Part shown: positions 35,817-47,810 of the stretch, one piece after another
Position numbering within the stretch: position 1 is the first letter of the stretch
Layout: each line of letters starts with the position of its first letter
Origin: Trichosphaerium sp. ATCC 40318
Lineage: Eukaryota; Protista; Tubulinea
Reading direction: 5' to 3'
Assembly: GCA_038496445.1 (NCBI GenBank)
Contig: JALMLS010000471.1
Coordinates: 136,829-200,828 of the forward strand
Length of the DNA: 64,000 nt
Position numbers and translations under genes: made by a program
The notes under the pieces: generated by a model
Database searches by the model: none
What the model saw: the letters and a program-made list of their open reading frames with translations, nothing else
What the model was told of the DNA's origin: nothing

Positions 35817-38280
35817 ATTGAGTCTATGAATTGCGGTTATCACATACCCAATACTAACATAAAGATACCCATCATAGCATATGCAGATGATATAAAGTTA
35901 ATAGCAAACTCATACAAAGACTTGATAAAGATGTTCAATAAACTCCAAGAATGGTGTAGATTTTACGGTATGAAAATTAATGAGAAAAAATCTGCATTTT
36001 CCTACGTGTGTAGATCTGACCCGTCAGCTCTCTTTCCCCCTCCCAAAGCAAACAATAAACACATATCATTCCTAAAACCAGAGGAGTCATATAAAGACTT
36101 AGGGATTTTAATTAACCTAAGACTAGACAATACAGATCAAACAACAGAAATCAAAAGAAGACATGCCAATGGTCTATCTTTGATCCGTTTCAAAGGTTTC
36201 AACGCAACTCAAAAAACTACAATAATCAACCGCGTTATTAACCCAGGTATATCATTCGTAACTAACGCAATGTTCATTAACCCATCAGTCCTAAAAAAAT
36301 GTGATAATAATGCTGCAGACCTTCTAAGATCAGATGCAAAAATACCTTGGAAACTTAAACCAGAGAGAATCTTTTTGAAACATACCGGTCTCGGCCTGGA
36401 ACCATTAGTTGACTTACAAAATGCAGGTTTTATCAGCAATTTGATCTCTAACGGCATGAATAGTACAAACAACTTAGCTAAACAAATCACAAATGCAAGC
36501 ATACGCTTAGCCCATCAAAAATTCCACCCAAATCATATGATATGCCAAGCCACACAAATTTGTAAACAGCTAGGAATAAAAATCATACATAAATCTGATC
36601 GTTCAATTCATAGAACAGAACACACAATTAACAGAATGGATAAGCAGACTTTTGAATCAAACTGTAACAAAGTACAATCAAAATATGTTTTGGCTACCGA
36701 CGGTTCAGTAACATCTAAAGGTGCATATTTCTCAGTTGTACTTAACACGATGATGAAATTTAATCGTACAGTTTTATTTGAACAAACATCTACAAATGCA
36801 GAACTGGAAGCAATAGAACTTGCACTCAAATTAGCTCCCTTAGAAGTAGACATCATGATACTAGTAGACTCCACATCAGCAATTAATGGCATCGAAAACT
36901 GGAAAGACAAACCTATAAATATACAAAGGAAAGTTGATCATGCTCATACACTAAATCGTATTCACCATCAGCTAAATATGAGAACTGGTTCAACCACATT
37001 TGAGTGGATCCCAAGCCATACAAAAACAGATAAACAGAAACGTAACAGACACAACATTGTGCAAAGAATAAAACAGATTGAAGAAAAGTACTCCAAAAAA
37101 ACAGCATCACTTTTTATACATCTAAATGACATAGCGGATAGAATGGCAGGTATATCAAAAACTGCAGTAATTCCGTCGAAGAATATACCTATAGGAAGTG
37201 AAGATTGGGTTATAACAAAACCGACAAAGGCGATACAAGGAAATTTATTCAGAAAATTAAAATCCATTCAACATGAAAAACACGTGTTAAGCTTACAAAA
37301 CAATGCTTTTGACCACGGAAGGACCAGAAAAAACTTAATACTTTCATTATCATCCTACACACCTATCACACACCTTTCAACCCCAATCAAGCTTTGGCTC
37401 CTAAAAGTAAGAACTAACACACTACCCCTTAATGAATTTCAACACAAACGCAGTAAGACCAAAGGTCATGTCCAAGCATATCAACTTTGCAATCAAATTA
37501 AATACCCCAATGATTATTGTACTCTATGTAAACAAAAAAACACTCAGTGTACAGAAAATTTTAATCATTTTTGCACCTGCGAGAACATAAAGTCTAAGAT
37601 AGATATCAAATACCACACAAATAGAATAATACAAGAATTTCTAGGTAAAAATAAAGATACAAAAGATCCTATAACATTATACAACGAACATGCAGGTGGA
37701 AACAACTTATTTTGCAAATCTAAGTGGCCAACCAAGAATAAAACTAATCCAACATACGACCAAATAGAACTTGCGAAACTCGGTAGCTCCATTACAATTA
37801 AAACAAAAGATTACAATATCAAACCTTGGTACTTAACCAAAAACAATTCCAACCCCACAAACTTCAGAGGCTCACAAGGATATGTCACAAAAGAATTCAT
37901 AAGCGAACTTAAAGAGAAAACTGGTACAAACAAAACTAATTTAATCAACGCCCTAGCTAAACGACTGAACCACATGTACATCACTTATCTATATAACAAA
38001 TACTGTACTAGATGCCTAGAAACCCACACCTTAAAAAAATCAAAAGGTCAACATGTACCGATGCACTACGTAAGATGGCAAGCCAAAGTCATACGCATGC
38101 GTCAATTCCTACCAATCACAAATGCAATACCTCTTTTTCCCAACACAACTAATACTAATACGGTAATCACATAGCATTTGTTATAACAGCCAACCCAAAC
38201 GCTTCGGCGTAGCCCTTTGGAGGCTAGAGGTGGGTTGGCTGTATAAAGATCGTTATTGACTTTTTTTTTTTTTTTTTTTT
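35817..38280 (+). mobile_element. 5'-truncated non-LTR retrotransposon (RT-RNase H-Zn knuckle)
   Basis: TSD TTTTTTGTAAATCTTTGT at 35799-35816 and 38281-38298; 3' structured UTR followed by a T run from 38261. Confidence 0.9.
35826..38174 (+). CDS. Truncated LINE ORF: C-terminal RT, RNase H and CCHC-type finger
   Basis: AYADD, YKDLG and GLGL motifs; RNase H motifs ATDGS, NAELEAI, VDSTSAI, WIPSH and NDIADRMA; CTLC...ENFNHFCTC. The frame is uninterrupted for 782 aa. Confidence 0.92.
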   Translation: MNCGYHIPNTNIKIPIIAYADDIKLIANSYKDLIKMFNKLQEWCRFYGMKINEKKSAFSYVCRSDPSALFPPPKANNKHISFLKPEESYKDLGILINLRLDNTDQTTEIKRRHANGLSLIRFKGFNATQKTTIINRVINPGISFVTNAMFINPSVLKKCDNNAADLLRSDAKIPWKLKPERIFLKHTGLGLEPLVDLQNAGFISNLISNGMNSTNNLAKQITNASIRLAHQKFHPNHMICQATQICKQLGIKIIHKSDRSIHRTEHTINRMDKQTFESNCNKVQSKYVLATDGSVTSKGAYFSVVLNTMMKFNRTVLFEQTSTNAELEAIELALKLAPLEVDIMILVDSTSAINGIENWKDKPINIQRKVDHAHTLNRIHHQLNMRTGSTTFEWIPSHTKTDKQKRNRHNIVQRIKQIEEKYSKKTASLFIHLNDIADRMAGISKTAVIPSKNIPIGSEDWVITKPTKAIQGNLFRKLKSIQHEKHVLSLQNNAFDHGRTRKNLILSLSSYTPITHLSTPIKLWLLKVRTNTLPLNEFQHKRSKTKGHVQAYQLCNQIKYPNDYCTLCKQKNTQCTENFNHFCTCENIKSKIDIKYHTNRIIQEFLGKNKDTKDPITLYNEHAGGNNLFCKSKWPTKNKTNPTYDQIELAKLGSSITIKTKDYNIKPWYLTKNNSNPTNFRGSQGYVTKEFISELKEKTGTNKTNLINALAKRLNHMYITYLYNKYCTRCLETHTLKKSKGQHVPMHYVRWQAKVIRMRQFLPITNAIPLFPNTTNTNTVIT

Positions 38281-38783
38281 TTTTTTGTAAATCTTTGTCG
38301 ATTCTCTTATGCCCATTCTAAGGTTGGTCCTGTTGGGTGTTTCAACGCATTTGCATACCAAATTAACGCCCGGTTGAAGGATTACAGCGTTTTCTCCTTC
38401 ATCAGCTAAACAGCTATCCTCGTCATAAAAAGGTAGAGCCAGCGTCACTGTATATCTATTGCGCACGTGCGTAGCTGTTTTCGTTATTTGAGTTCATTTT
38501 AAAAATAAAACCTTCTCTCTTATTAATCAATCACTAAACGCACAGTGCGCACGTGAGTGTATCTTGAAAAAGCAAAAACTTGAAAGCGTTGAAAAGTTTT
38601 ATCATTGTTGGCGTAGACTGCCAAAGTTTGCTACGTTACGATATTCTTTCTGACATCCTACGTTCTAACCGCGAAGCATGGTAGACAGCAGAAAAGACAA
38701 TGGCTTACACGGTCAGCTACAATATTTTATATATGTCGTTTTGTAAAACGAGTAATACAGGAACAGGAACAGTAAGCAAGTAT

Positions 38784-40149
38784 TTATTCGGCCTTAGCCG
38801 CCTCTTGTTTTTTTTTTTCATCTGCTTTTTTATTTGCTTCCACGCGCTGTTTGGTTATCAATCCACAATCACGTATTACTTGTTCCCTTTCCTCCTCGGA
38901 GTTACAACGTTCCACTACGTCTGTATGTCCTTTTTTGTAATGTGATCTACGGCTGTAAACTCTGATGAGCATGTCACAAATCTCTTCTTTCGAATTAACA
39001 TTCTGGATATAACCAAAGTAAGTCCCAGCACTGGAGAAAGCCAATACCAAGGTGTATTTCAAAATACCGTTATCTAAAAGTGAGGTAGATTGTTTTATCT
39101 TTAACTGTGGGATAAACACATTGCTATTGCCACAGTTGAATTCGAAACTGGTTACTATGTTGCTTGTTTGCTTAGTGATATTGCACTGATAGTGTGATGC
39201 GTTTTTGGTTGGGAAATACACGGTAATTTCTTTGCGATGTTTACCACATGCTTGTGGAACGAATTTTTTCTCCTTATGTAATAATTTAGTTGGTCGGAAT
39301 ACGTTTGAATAATAACCATACTGTACTGGCTCTACATTGAGACAACATCATCGCAAAAATCCAGGTGTACACAAGGGGTAAAGGGAAATTTTGCATTGCT
39401 TCTACTTACACATCAGTGGTTCTTACATAATGTTATGATTTTTGGCATACCTTTGTCTGTTGTGGACTTACGTGCGTTTACTTTGCTACACTGGTTTGGC
39501 TCAACGACCATATCATCGCTCATCACTGTGGCGGAATAAGATGGATTCTCAAAGCCGCGATATTTTGTAATTCCGTCGTATGGGTCTATTTCCATATGAT
39601 CATTGTCAAAATGATCTACCACACGTTAGGTCTAATACTTGAATGTATTCCTTACCTCTAGCTTCGTTTTGCTGCGATGCCTGGAATTGTTCTATAATAT
39701 CTGCAATTGCGTGGTTACCGAAGGAACGAGCTACCATTCGTAGAGTCTTATATTCGTAGTCTGACAAAAATTTGGTTCCTGTTTTTTTAAGTAAGACCGT
39801 AGACAACTAAATGACACTCTGTCATACCTGCGTTCAACAAACAAAGAACAATGTTTTCGTGGCCAATTTTAGCAGCTAAGTGTAGCGGTGTTTCCCCTTG
39901 TAGGTTTTGGGCGTTTATATCTAATCCAAGTCTCACAAGTTCCTCAACAGAGCGTTCTTTCCCTTTGTAAACAGCGAAGTGCAGTAGTGTTTTTAACCCT
40001 ATTTTTCGAATTAAACTAAAAGGGGGTTATGAACCCAACGTACGACTATCGGTATGGAGCTCAAGGTCTTCTCGGGGGTTCGATTCAACAATTTGCTCGA
40101 TCTGTTGTAGATCTTCAAGCAGTATCGCCTCATTTGCATCTTTTCGCAT
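38784..40149 (-). CDS. Ankyrin-repeat protein with an uncharacterised beta-rich C-terminal domain; middle splicing uncertain
   Basis: TLLHFAVYKG...INAQNLQGETPLHLAAKIGHENIV; last exon ends ...ICDMLIRVYSRRSH...AAKAE*. Confidence 0.7.
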
Positions 40150-40198
40150 AGTTAATAGAAAGTATTGGCTGTTGTCGTACCCAGGCGCGCAATGCTCA

Positions 40199-40427
40199 TG
40201 TTAGTCACGTGATATGGTATAGTTAAAAACAACTTAAAGGCAAGCCGGTTCAGAAAATGCGTTCGAAAATGTGTGAACACGGTTCGCACCTGTTCGAAAA
40301 AAATTACTTATGTTTTTGTTAGTCACGTGATAGGTATAGTTAAAAACAACTTAAAGGCAAGCCGGTTCAGAAAATGTGTTCGAAAATGTGTGAACACGGT
40401 TCGCACCTGTTCGAAAAAAATTACTTT
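40199..40427. promoter_or_regulatory. Tandem ~118-bp duplication in a probable bidirectional promoter
   Basis: Two near-identical units starting TGTTAGTCACGTGATA (40199 and 40317) lie between divergent ATGs at 40149 and 40464. Confidence 0.7.
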
Positions 40428-40463
40428 TGTTAAACGTTCGCATCAAACGTACAACACGTCGTA

Positions 40464-43400
40464 ATGGCCAATAACTATGGAGGTGGGGTAATACCCATTA
40501 ACTACGGATCTTTTGATCAATATGCAAGCGTCAAGGGCAGCGACGCAATACATACATTTACAAATTTTTTTGGCAGCTGCTTTAACCCAGTCATGCAGTA
40601 TCAAAACCCTCTTTATGTTACGCTCTTGGTAAGACTGCTAGTATTCTTAACACTTACGCGGGTTATGTAGCAGAAAGATGACTATTCATCCTGGTTAGCA
40701 AAGCTAGATTTTGTACCCGAGTTTAGCGACAAGTTAACTCTACGCCATAACGGGGAGACAATCAGTACGAAAATTGTTTTTTTTCTGTTTTCTACGGATT
40801 TGAACGAATAGAACCGTATTTTTTTGAAACCTTTTTTTTCACTTTTTTGAAAGTCTCGTGACCATTTTGATCAAAATAGTTGTCTTTTCAGTACTATATC
40901 TGATTTTATTTTAGCTTCTGTTGATAAAAGGTTTAACAGAGATGGCGTGGCAGTGTTCGACAAGTTGCAACTGGGTACTCCGTTTGTTGGATTAACGCAA
41001 TTAGTTGATTTCGCTTTTAAGGACTTGCTACTTCTGCAAACGGACATCGTGGGGCATCACGTTGCAAGTTTCGTTTTTTTGTATATGTACGCTTCTTTTT
41101 TAAAGATATTTTGATAAAACTAAGCGAAATAGAACGAAGCAGGAGGTGCAACGACTGCGAAAGAGATTAATATCCAGGCTAATATGATATGGACAGGTTT
41201 GAAAAATACAAGTTAAAATTGTTTTATTTTAACAGACTCTATCGAAAGGACTATACCCAGAAATCAAAAGTATTGCACCACACGAAATAACCGTAGATTT
41301 GGTAGAAAGAGGTTTACATACTAAAAGAAAAATAGCTTTTTACAAGTTGTGTAGGCGGTGCAATTATTGGTACCGGGTTTCCGCCACCATCTAGAGTGTA
41401 CTTTATAGATCAAAAGCTTGCCCTGCTGGACTATCAAACTGTAACCCACACTAGCTCAGAGTTAGTTCATCCCGTAGTAATGCCCGTAAGGGGAGAACCA
41501 TGTACAATATTCGCAAGAGTGATGACATGTATGAAGTAATATTGTGATTACTTTACTGACGTATGTAGGTAATGGCGCGAGTAATACTGTTCCCATACGC
41601 TACAGACGTTATGAAGATAGGAAAGCTAGCCAAGAATTAGACTACAGTACATCTTATCAGCAAGATGAGAATGTTATTGCGGCGTTGAACAAACTAAATC
41701 AACACGATGGTTTTTCATATGAATACACGGTTGGTACCCTTGGTTTTGCCGGTGCTAACAGAAGTAAGTGTTTGGTTAGACTAGTCTTTTATATACTGAC
41801 ATGACTAGATGGTGACACCGCGTTACATTTTGTAGCAGCACATGGTACAGTTGAAGATGCAAAGAAACTATTATCTGATGGAGCGTATCTTGAAGCTACA
41901 AATGAACGTGGTGATACACCGCTACTCTGGGCTTTGACAGCGCAAAATGAAGCTGTTATTAGTTTCTTGATTAAGCAAGGTTTGTTCAACAACTGTATGT
42001 TATGTCGTCTTATGATTACACAGGAGCATCTGCGGAAGCTAAAAACAAGGACTCTCTTACGCCTATCAAAGTTGCACAGATATATGGACAAACATTGGTT
42101 ACAACAAAAGGTACAACTACATAAATAATAATTGTTTTACAAACGTTACTATCCCACTTGAATACCCTTCTCACAACGCTAGAAAACGCCAATCTCGAAC
42201 AGAAAATAGGGCACAGCGATGTAGGTAAAGCATTACTTGTTGCAGGTAAGTTCCATGTAGCTACTACTTGTTCTCACTTCTTTTAGCATATAAGGGGGAC
42301 TGCGAAGTTGTCTTAAAATTAATCAACTCAAACGCAGCTATTGAAATTGTTGATGAAAGTGGATATACCGCTGTATTGCACGCAGGTAATGTAGCAAGAT
42401 CGCAATCCTTGCCGTTTATTCACATTGGCTTTAGCAAAAAACGGACACGTTGACATTGTTTCATTGCTGATCAAAGCAAGTGCCAACATTGACGCTGCTA
42501 CCAAAGACGGAAAAACAGCTTTAATACATGCAGGTAATATTACGAGATAACACAACAACTCTCACTACCGCCTTAGCGTTCAACGGACATAGAAAAATTG
42601 TTTCAATGCTGATCGAAGCAAGTGCCAACATTGACGCTGTTACCAACGACGGAAAAACAGCTTTAATACATGCGGGTAATGTAGCAAGATCGCATTCATA
42701 TCATTTACTCATATTGCCTTTAGCTAGCAAAGGACACATTGACATTGTTTCAATGCTGATCAAAGCAAGTGCCAACATTGACGCTGCTACCAAAGATGGA
42801 AAAACAGCTTTAGTACATGCAGGTAATATTACGAGATAACACAACAACTCTCACTACCGCCTTAGCGTTCAATGGACATAGCGAAATTGTTTCAAAGCTG
42901 ATCAAGTCAAAGTCTAAGATTGAAGCTGATACAGATGTGGTTAATATAGGTATTTATCAATCGTAGCTACGATCAATTAACCTATTGTAGACAATGAAAC
43001 ATTGTTTAATTATGTTTTGAAAGCGACTGGAGTTATTTTACCCACTTCAACACTGTGGCAAGAGTTTCTTCTTGTCATACTAATCAAAGTAATCTCTAAT
43101 GAACCCAGATCTGTTGAATTGTTTGTTACTTTCTTGGAGCATGCTCCAAGTGGTCAACAATGTTACAAATTATGGGAAGCGTGCGCTTTGTTGAGTAGAT
43201 GTGGCCCCCAAGAATTGAAATCTAATCTTGAACAATGGCTAAAGTACTTGGTACAACATCAAGCTGATTGGTAATTACTAATCATTTTCAACAGCCAAAG
43301 TGTTCGTATTTTAATTTGGCGATGGAAAAAGGGATTTGTTCCTTAATTTGTACATTTGAGGCAAAGCTCATACGCTCCCCGGTAAGTACAACAATTCCGT

Positions 43401-45351
43401 TAATTTAAATGACACTTATTAGGATTTTTGGTACTGTGATGGAAAGTTAATGCAAGGAATCTTGAATGACCTTCCAAATGATATGTGGAGTGCAATGGAT
43501 AAAAGCGAATTCAAAGAAGAATTTTGCGATGCTGGTAGAGCGAATTTGTTTTTTTATTATTGACACTAGCTAAAATACTCGCAGGATTAAAAAGTAAAAA
43601 CCCGTGGGAGTTAAATCCGCGATTGTATTTTTCGAACAACTGGCAAAGAGCACATACCACGTGAGTACTTAATAATATATTTGTATGATTAACATGTTCT
43701 AAAGTGGTACGAGTCCAAAGGCTACACATTTTAGAACCTTGAATCTTCTGGATTCAAATGATAAAGTGGCTAAGAGGGAATTGGATATCCTTAGACAAGA
43801 GATGTCGAAAATGCACGGTTTTGAAAAATACAATCTTGTAGAAGCTACTCTTGTTTACAATGATACCTTGAATGAAAGCTTTGGAAGATTCAACAGCCAA
43901 TTGAAACAGAGGCACAGGTACCTGAGAGTTTATTACTAAATCAAACTAAACATAATAGACTGCTACCAAATGTGTTAAGTAAACAAGATTGGGAGAAAAA
44001 CAATTATAACAAAACAATTTACAAAAAGTTTGAAGCCGTCCTGGAACAAAATAGTACTGATACCTATGACAGTTCTAATTACGTAATATTAAGTAAATCA
44101 CAGACTATTAATTTGGCTTTTAGTTACCCGTCGCATTGATGGCCCATGGAACAACTGAAGAAGCTGCATACAGTATTGCAAAACTTGGTTTTGCAACTTT
44201 GTGTGTGTTGGATACTGGTTTCTATGGTCAAGGCATCTACTTCACAGTACGTACAAATAATATCACGTTCTATTCACAGCTTTTTGTAGCGGAATATCCA
44301 ATATGCTAGTTTACATGATTGTGGAAGAACCAAATACAAAACACTTATATTGAGTCTTGTCACTCCTGGCAATGTTTACCCTGTACATAAGTAATAATTC
44401 ATAGCTTTGTATTAACGATAACAAAGGTAAAGCCAGCTGACAATTTAAAAGGAAAGCCAATAAAACCAGGCTACCAGAGTCATTACACATTGGTAGATCA
44501 CAAGGGCAGACCTATCTCAGAACGTAAAGTCACTAAAGCAGTATGCGATGAGCTTGTTGTTGCACAAGGTACACTCAATGAAATTGTATCTACACTAAAC
44601 ATTTTGTCATCAGATGCTCAAGCTGTCCCTCGCTATATCATCAAACTTGCACGGAAAGAGGTTACAAGCAAAGCGAAAAATGAAAAAAAAATAGGCAAAG
44701 AGACAAAGAAAGGAGAAAGTAAAAAAACAATCAAAAAAAAAATAGACAAAGAGACAAAGAAAGGCGAAAGTAAAAAAATAGGCAAAGAGACAAAGAAAGG
44801 AGAAAGAAAAAAAATAATCAAAAAAAAAATAGATACAAACAAGGGAGGTAAAAAAATAGATAAAGAGACAAAGAAAGGAGAAAGTAAAAAAACAATCAAA
44901 AAAAGAAACCCCAAGAAAGGAGCTAAAACGACAAAGAAAGGCGAAAACAAACGAACCAAAAAACATCAAGATAAAGATTCAGATGAATTCTCTGATTCTT
45001 TTGAAGACAATTATTTTAGTCTGCGGTACGACATTAATTGCATTTGGTTATCAGAACTTATACGCTACTAGAAAATTGTGGAATTCCTATGTGGACTCAA
45101 GTGATAAAAAGATACTCAATACCTCTCATGAAATAGAATTGCGAAAAGTAAAACGTAAAGTTGCGCAGCTAGAGCATAGCAATGCAACTTTACGTCAAAC
45201 CGACACAAAGCAACGTCAATACACCTCACGACAGATTTTGAACTTATCACTAGCTGTCTCTAAACTACAAGAGAGCAATTCCATGCTACTTGCCAAAACA
45301 GCGTGGCTTGAAAGTATGAATGTAGGCAACTCCAACCATATAATAAACTAG
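40464..45351 (+). CDS. Multidomain protein: Ig-fold DBD-like, IPT/TIG, ankyrin repeats, PARP-like ADP-ribosyltransferase, Lys-rich repeats, coiled coil
   Basis: Manual splicing gives DGVAVFDKLQLGLATS..CKFRFFVY; YPEIKSIAP..GAIIGTGF..RVYF..NGASNTVPIRY (IPT); GDTALH/GDTPLL/GKTALIHA (ANK); and MAHGT..GFYGQGIYFT..QYA..LSLVTPGNVYP..DELVV..QAVPRYII (ART, H-Y-E). One acceptor near 41235-41250 is ambiguous. Confidence 0.8.
42385..42900 (+). repeat. Intragenic duplication of ankyrin exon-plus-intron units
   Basis: The intron GTAATATTACGAGATAACACAACAACTCTCACTACCGCCTTAG occurs twice (about 42533 and 42823), and the flanking exons are near-identical. Confidence 0.85.
44680..44950 (+). repeat. Coding minisatellite encoding KKI(G/D)KETKKGESKK repeats
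   Basis: AAAGAGACAAAGAAAGG recurs four times, with further degenerate units. Confidence 0.85.
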
Positions 45352-45504
45352 TTAGAAATGCAAAAATTCTAATTTCTCTCATCGACTTTATTTCTATGAT
45401 CCTATCAACTACATTTCTTTAGGGTTGCTACCCCCATGTCTTGTGAAGTTCAAGTATTAAACCGCAACTGGGTAAAAGTCATAAGCGGTATTCATTAATC
45501 AGAT

Positions 45505-45720
45505 TCAACACTGCCACAAAGCAGCACCTTTATTACCATCTTTATTACAAAATACAAAAAAATCACCATCTCCGAAATCAAGGTCAAAAAGAGGACACTG
45601 TTCCATTTGCATCAAAAGCTCACCACCATTGAAAGGATAATCAGCACATTGCAACCACACTGGATCGCCACCAATGACTACAAAGACGTTCTCTTGTTGA
45701 ATACAAGAAGCCACTTGGTT
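45505..45720 (-). pseudogene. 3' fragment of the YwqG/DUF1963-like gene
   Basis: Nearly identical to the last 70 codons and 3' flank of 52097-52801. Confidence 0.85.
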
Positions 45721-47229
45721 GCCTGTGTCAAGATAATTTGTACAGTGGAATACAACGTGTTGGTAGATTGTAGGTGCTCATGAACGTATGGACAATGTCA
45801 AAGAAAGCAAGATATCTTCATGTCCTTTCTTGTAATCTGAATAGAATTAAAAAAAACGGTTTGTGGTTTGAGCACGTGTTCCATATTTTATCAGTTCTAA
45901 GTCCGTCAAACGGGAATTTTTTGCTATGGTTTGGGTCTAAGCAGCTCTGAAACACTATTAAACAAACATACAGAAGTGAAAACGCTAAATAAGGTAAACT
46001 GCCTACCTGTTGAATTATAATTCTGCGGAATAGTACGCCAAACACGCTTATGCGTAAACTAGGTAACACATCTACTTCAAGCTTTCCAATAAGCGCCACA
46101 ACATAAATTTGTAGCAGATGCTATTAAACGGGTTCTTGTTAGATTGAATGGTCATATATGCGATTAAGATGCTGTGTACCGGGGTTTGCAGTCTTTAAAC
46201 TGTGTTGTCTATTTTTGACGCCTGGTATTACTTACTATTTGTACTAGCACCTCTTTGTTTTCAAGTTTCTGGTACATTCGTATTCTCTGTGAACAATGTG
46301 ACTTGCCATCCAGACATTACCTGGCACAACACTTGACATTTTCAAATGTTGAAGTTGTTCTTTGACATGTAGAATGTCAAGTAAGTATTAATCTAGTGCT
46401 AGCATTAGTATTTACCCTGTGTAAACAACATAACACCATCTTGTTGTCATATTGCAGTGTCTAAGAGAGGTACTGTAAAAAAATTATATCCTGTCTCTGG
46501 GTACACCTCAAGGTTTGAAATATCGTCTCTAAAAGAACAATTGGGCAATGTGAACTCTAAATCATTACTTAGTAATTATATTTGTAACGTGAAAGGTAGG
46601 TAATGTTTCAACAAAAAACCAAAGTAAGTGCCATCTAGTTGTCAATCTATTTTGTTTTCGTTTAGTATCAATCACATGAATCTAGTGCTATGGTTAGCGC
46701 TCATTTTCGTCCCTGTAGAGACTACAAACACCAAATACTAACAATTTTCTGAACAGGCAAACTAAGCACAAGCTTATTAGAAGAACCGGCACTTTGAGCT
46801 TCTCAGAGGTAGCAGTAGTAAATCAACTTCCCAAAACCCACAAGACCCGCCTTATGACTAAGAAAGAAGGCAAGAAAGAGGTGGAGGAAGAAGAAAATGA
46901 TGTAGTGGTAGACGAAGGCGTATTTCTACGGGCATTTATTACCAACCCTATATCCATCTAATAGCGCACCCACTTATTTTTAGGTTTTTTGCTTATTTCG
47001 TGCTAGTGTTACAGTTACCCTTGTGTATTATCCCCACCCCTATCTCCCTTGCTCAACCTTGTTGTTATGTACTAATGTTGTGTTGTCCTACAGTACACAA
47101 ACTCAGAACAATCGTTTATCAGCAAGGAAAGGGCATCTACAAGTACATGTTAACCAACTGCAATCTCAATCTCGGATGGACAATTATACGCCCCAACTCA
47201 AACTCCAACCCCAACTCTAACGTGTTTGA

Positions 47230-47810
47230 AATAGAGCACAGATTGCAACTGGTAGTGGCGATATGTTATTATACCTTTGACATGCTGCACTATTTGAGTA
47301 GTGGAAAACAAGTAACTCTCCTGGTACATGAAGGAGCACATACGCATGTATGCTTTGCACTAAATCATCAATTGGGTTTTAGCTACTTGTATTTGACACT
47401 TAGGTGTAACAGACTAACGAGATACTAAAGTTGATGTGTCTAGTTCTACTTCTCTACTTCCAAACAAATATGGCCAAGTCTGTGCTTTGGCAACCCAAAT
47501 CCAATAGTAAATAAGGCACATGCTTGTTATTCATGACTCCCTTTAGAACCAACAATAATACTACAAGCATTGTCTATTCCTGGAATTATCTCATTTTGGA
47601 TAGTAAATGCAACTCGTATGGAAGCACAGCATATACCACATTGTTTACAATATGCAACTGTACATTGTTTTATTTTACCTTTTTTAAGCAACCACAGAGG
47701 CACCTTACAATTGAGGCTTAACTCAAAGCAAAGCTTCCAAAGCCAAACGGCAATACCCCCAAAAATTTTAAGTTTTCCAAAGAGATTCAAAAGCAACTCT
47801 TGGGCACGCT
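47230..47810 (+). pseudogene. Possible degenerate TLC-domain-like membrane protein
   Basis: Hydrophobic stretches with ICYYTFDMLH..LLVHE and MTPF in broken frames; weak evidence. Confidence 0.25.

Larger units (their letters stand above)
35548..38425 (-). pseudogene. YwqG/DUF1963-like pseudogene interrupted by a LINE
   Basis: Segments 35548-35816 and 38281-38425 align with 52097-52570, with internal deletions. Confidence 0.8.

Noticed and set aside
36209-37792. Several minus-strand ORFs within the LINE
   Set aside because: They are antisense to the RT/RNase H ORF and show no motifs.
44610-44969. Phe-rich 'membrane protein' ORFs on the minus strand
   Set aside because: They are antisense shadows of the Lys-rich coding repeat.
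46100-46960. Exon-like Cys-containing segments
   Set aside because: I could not assemble a consistent reading frame or recognise a domain.
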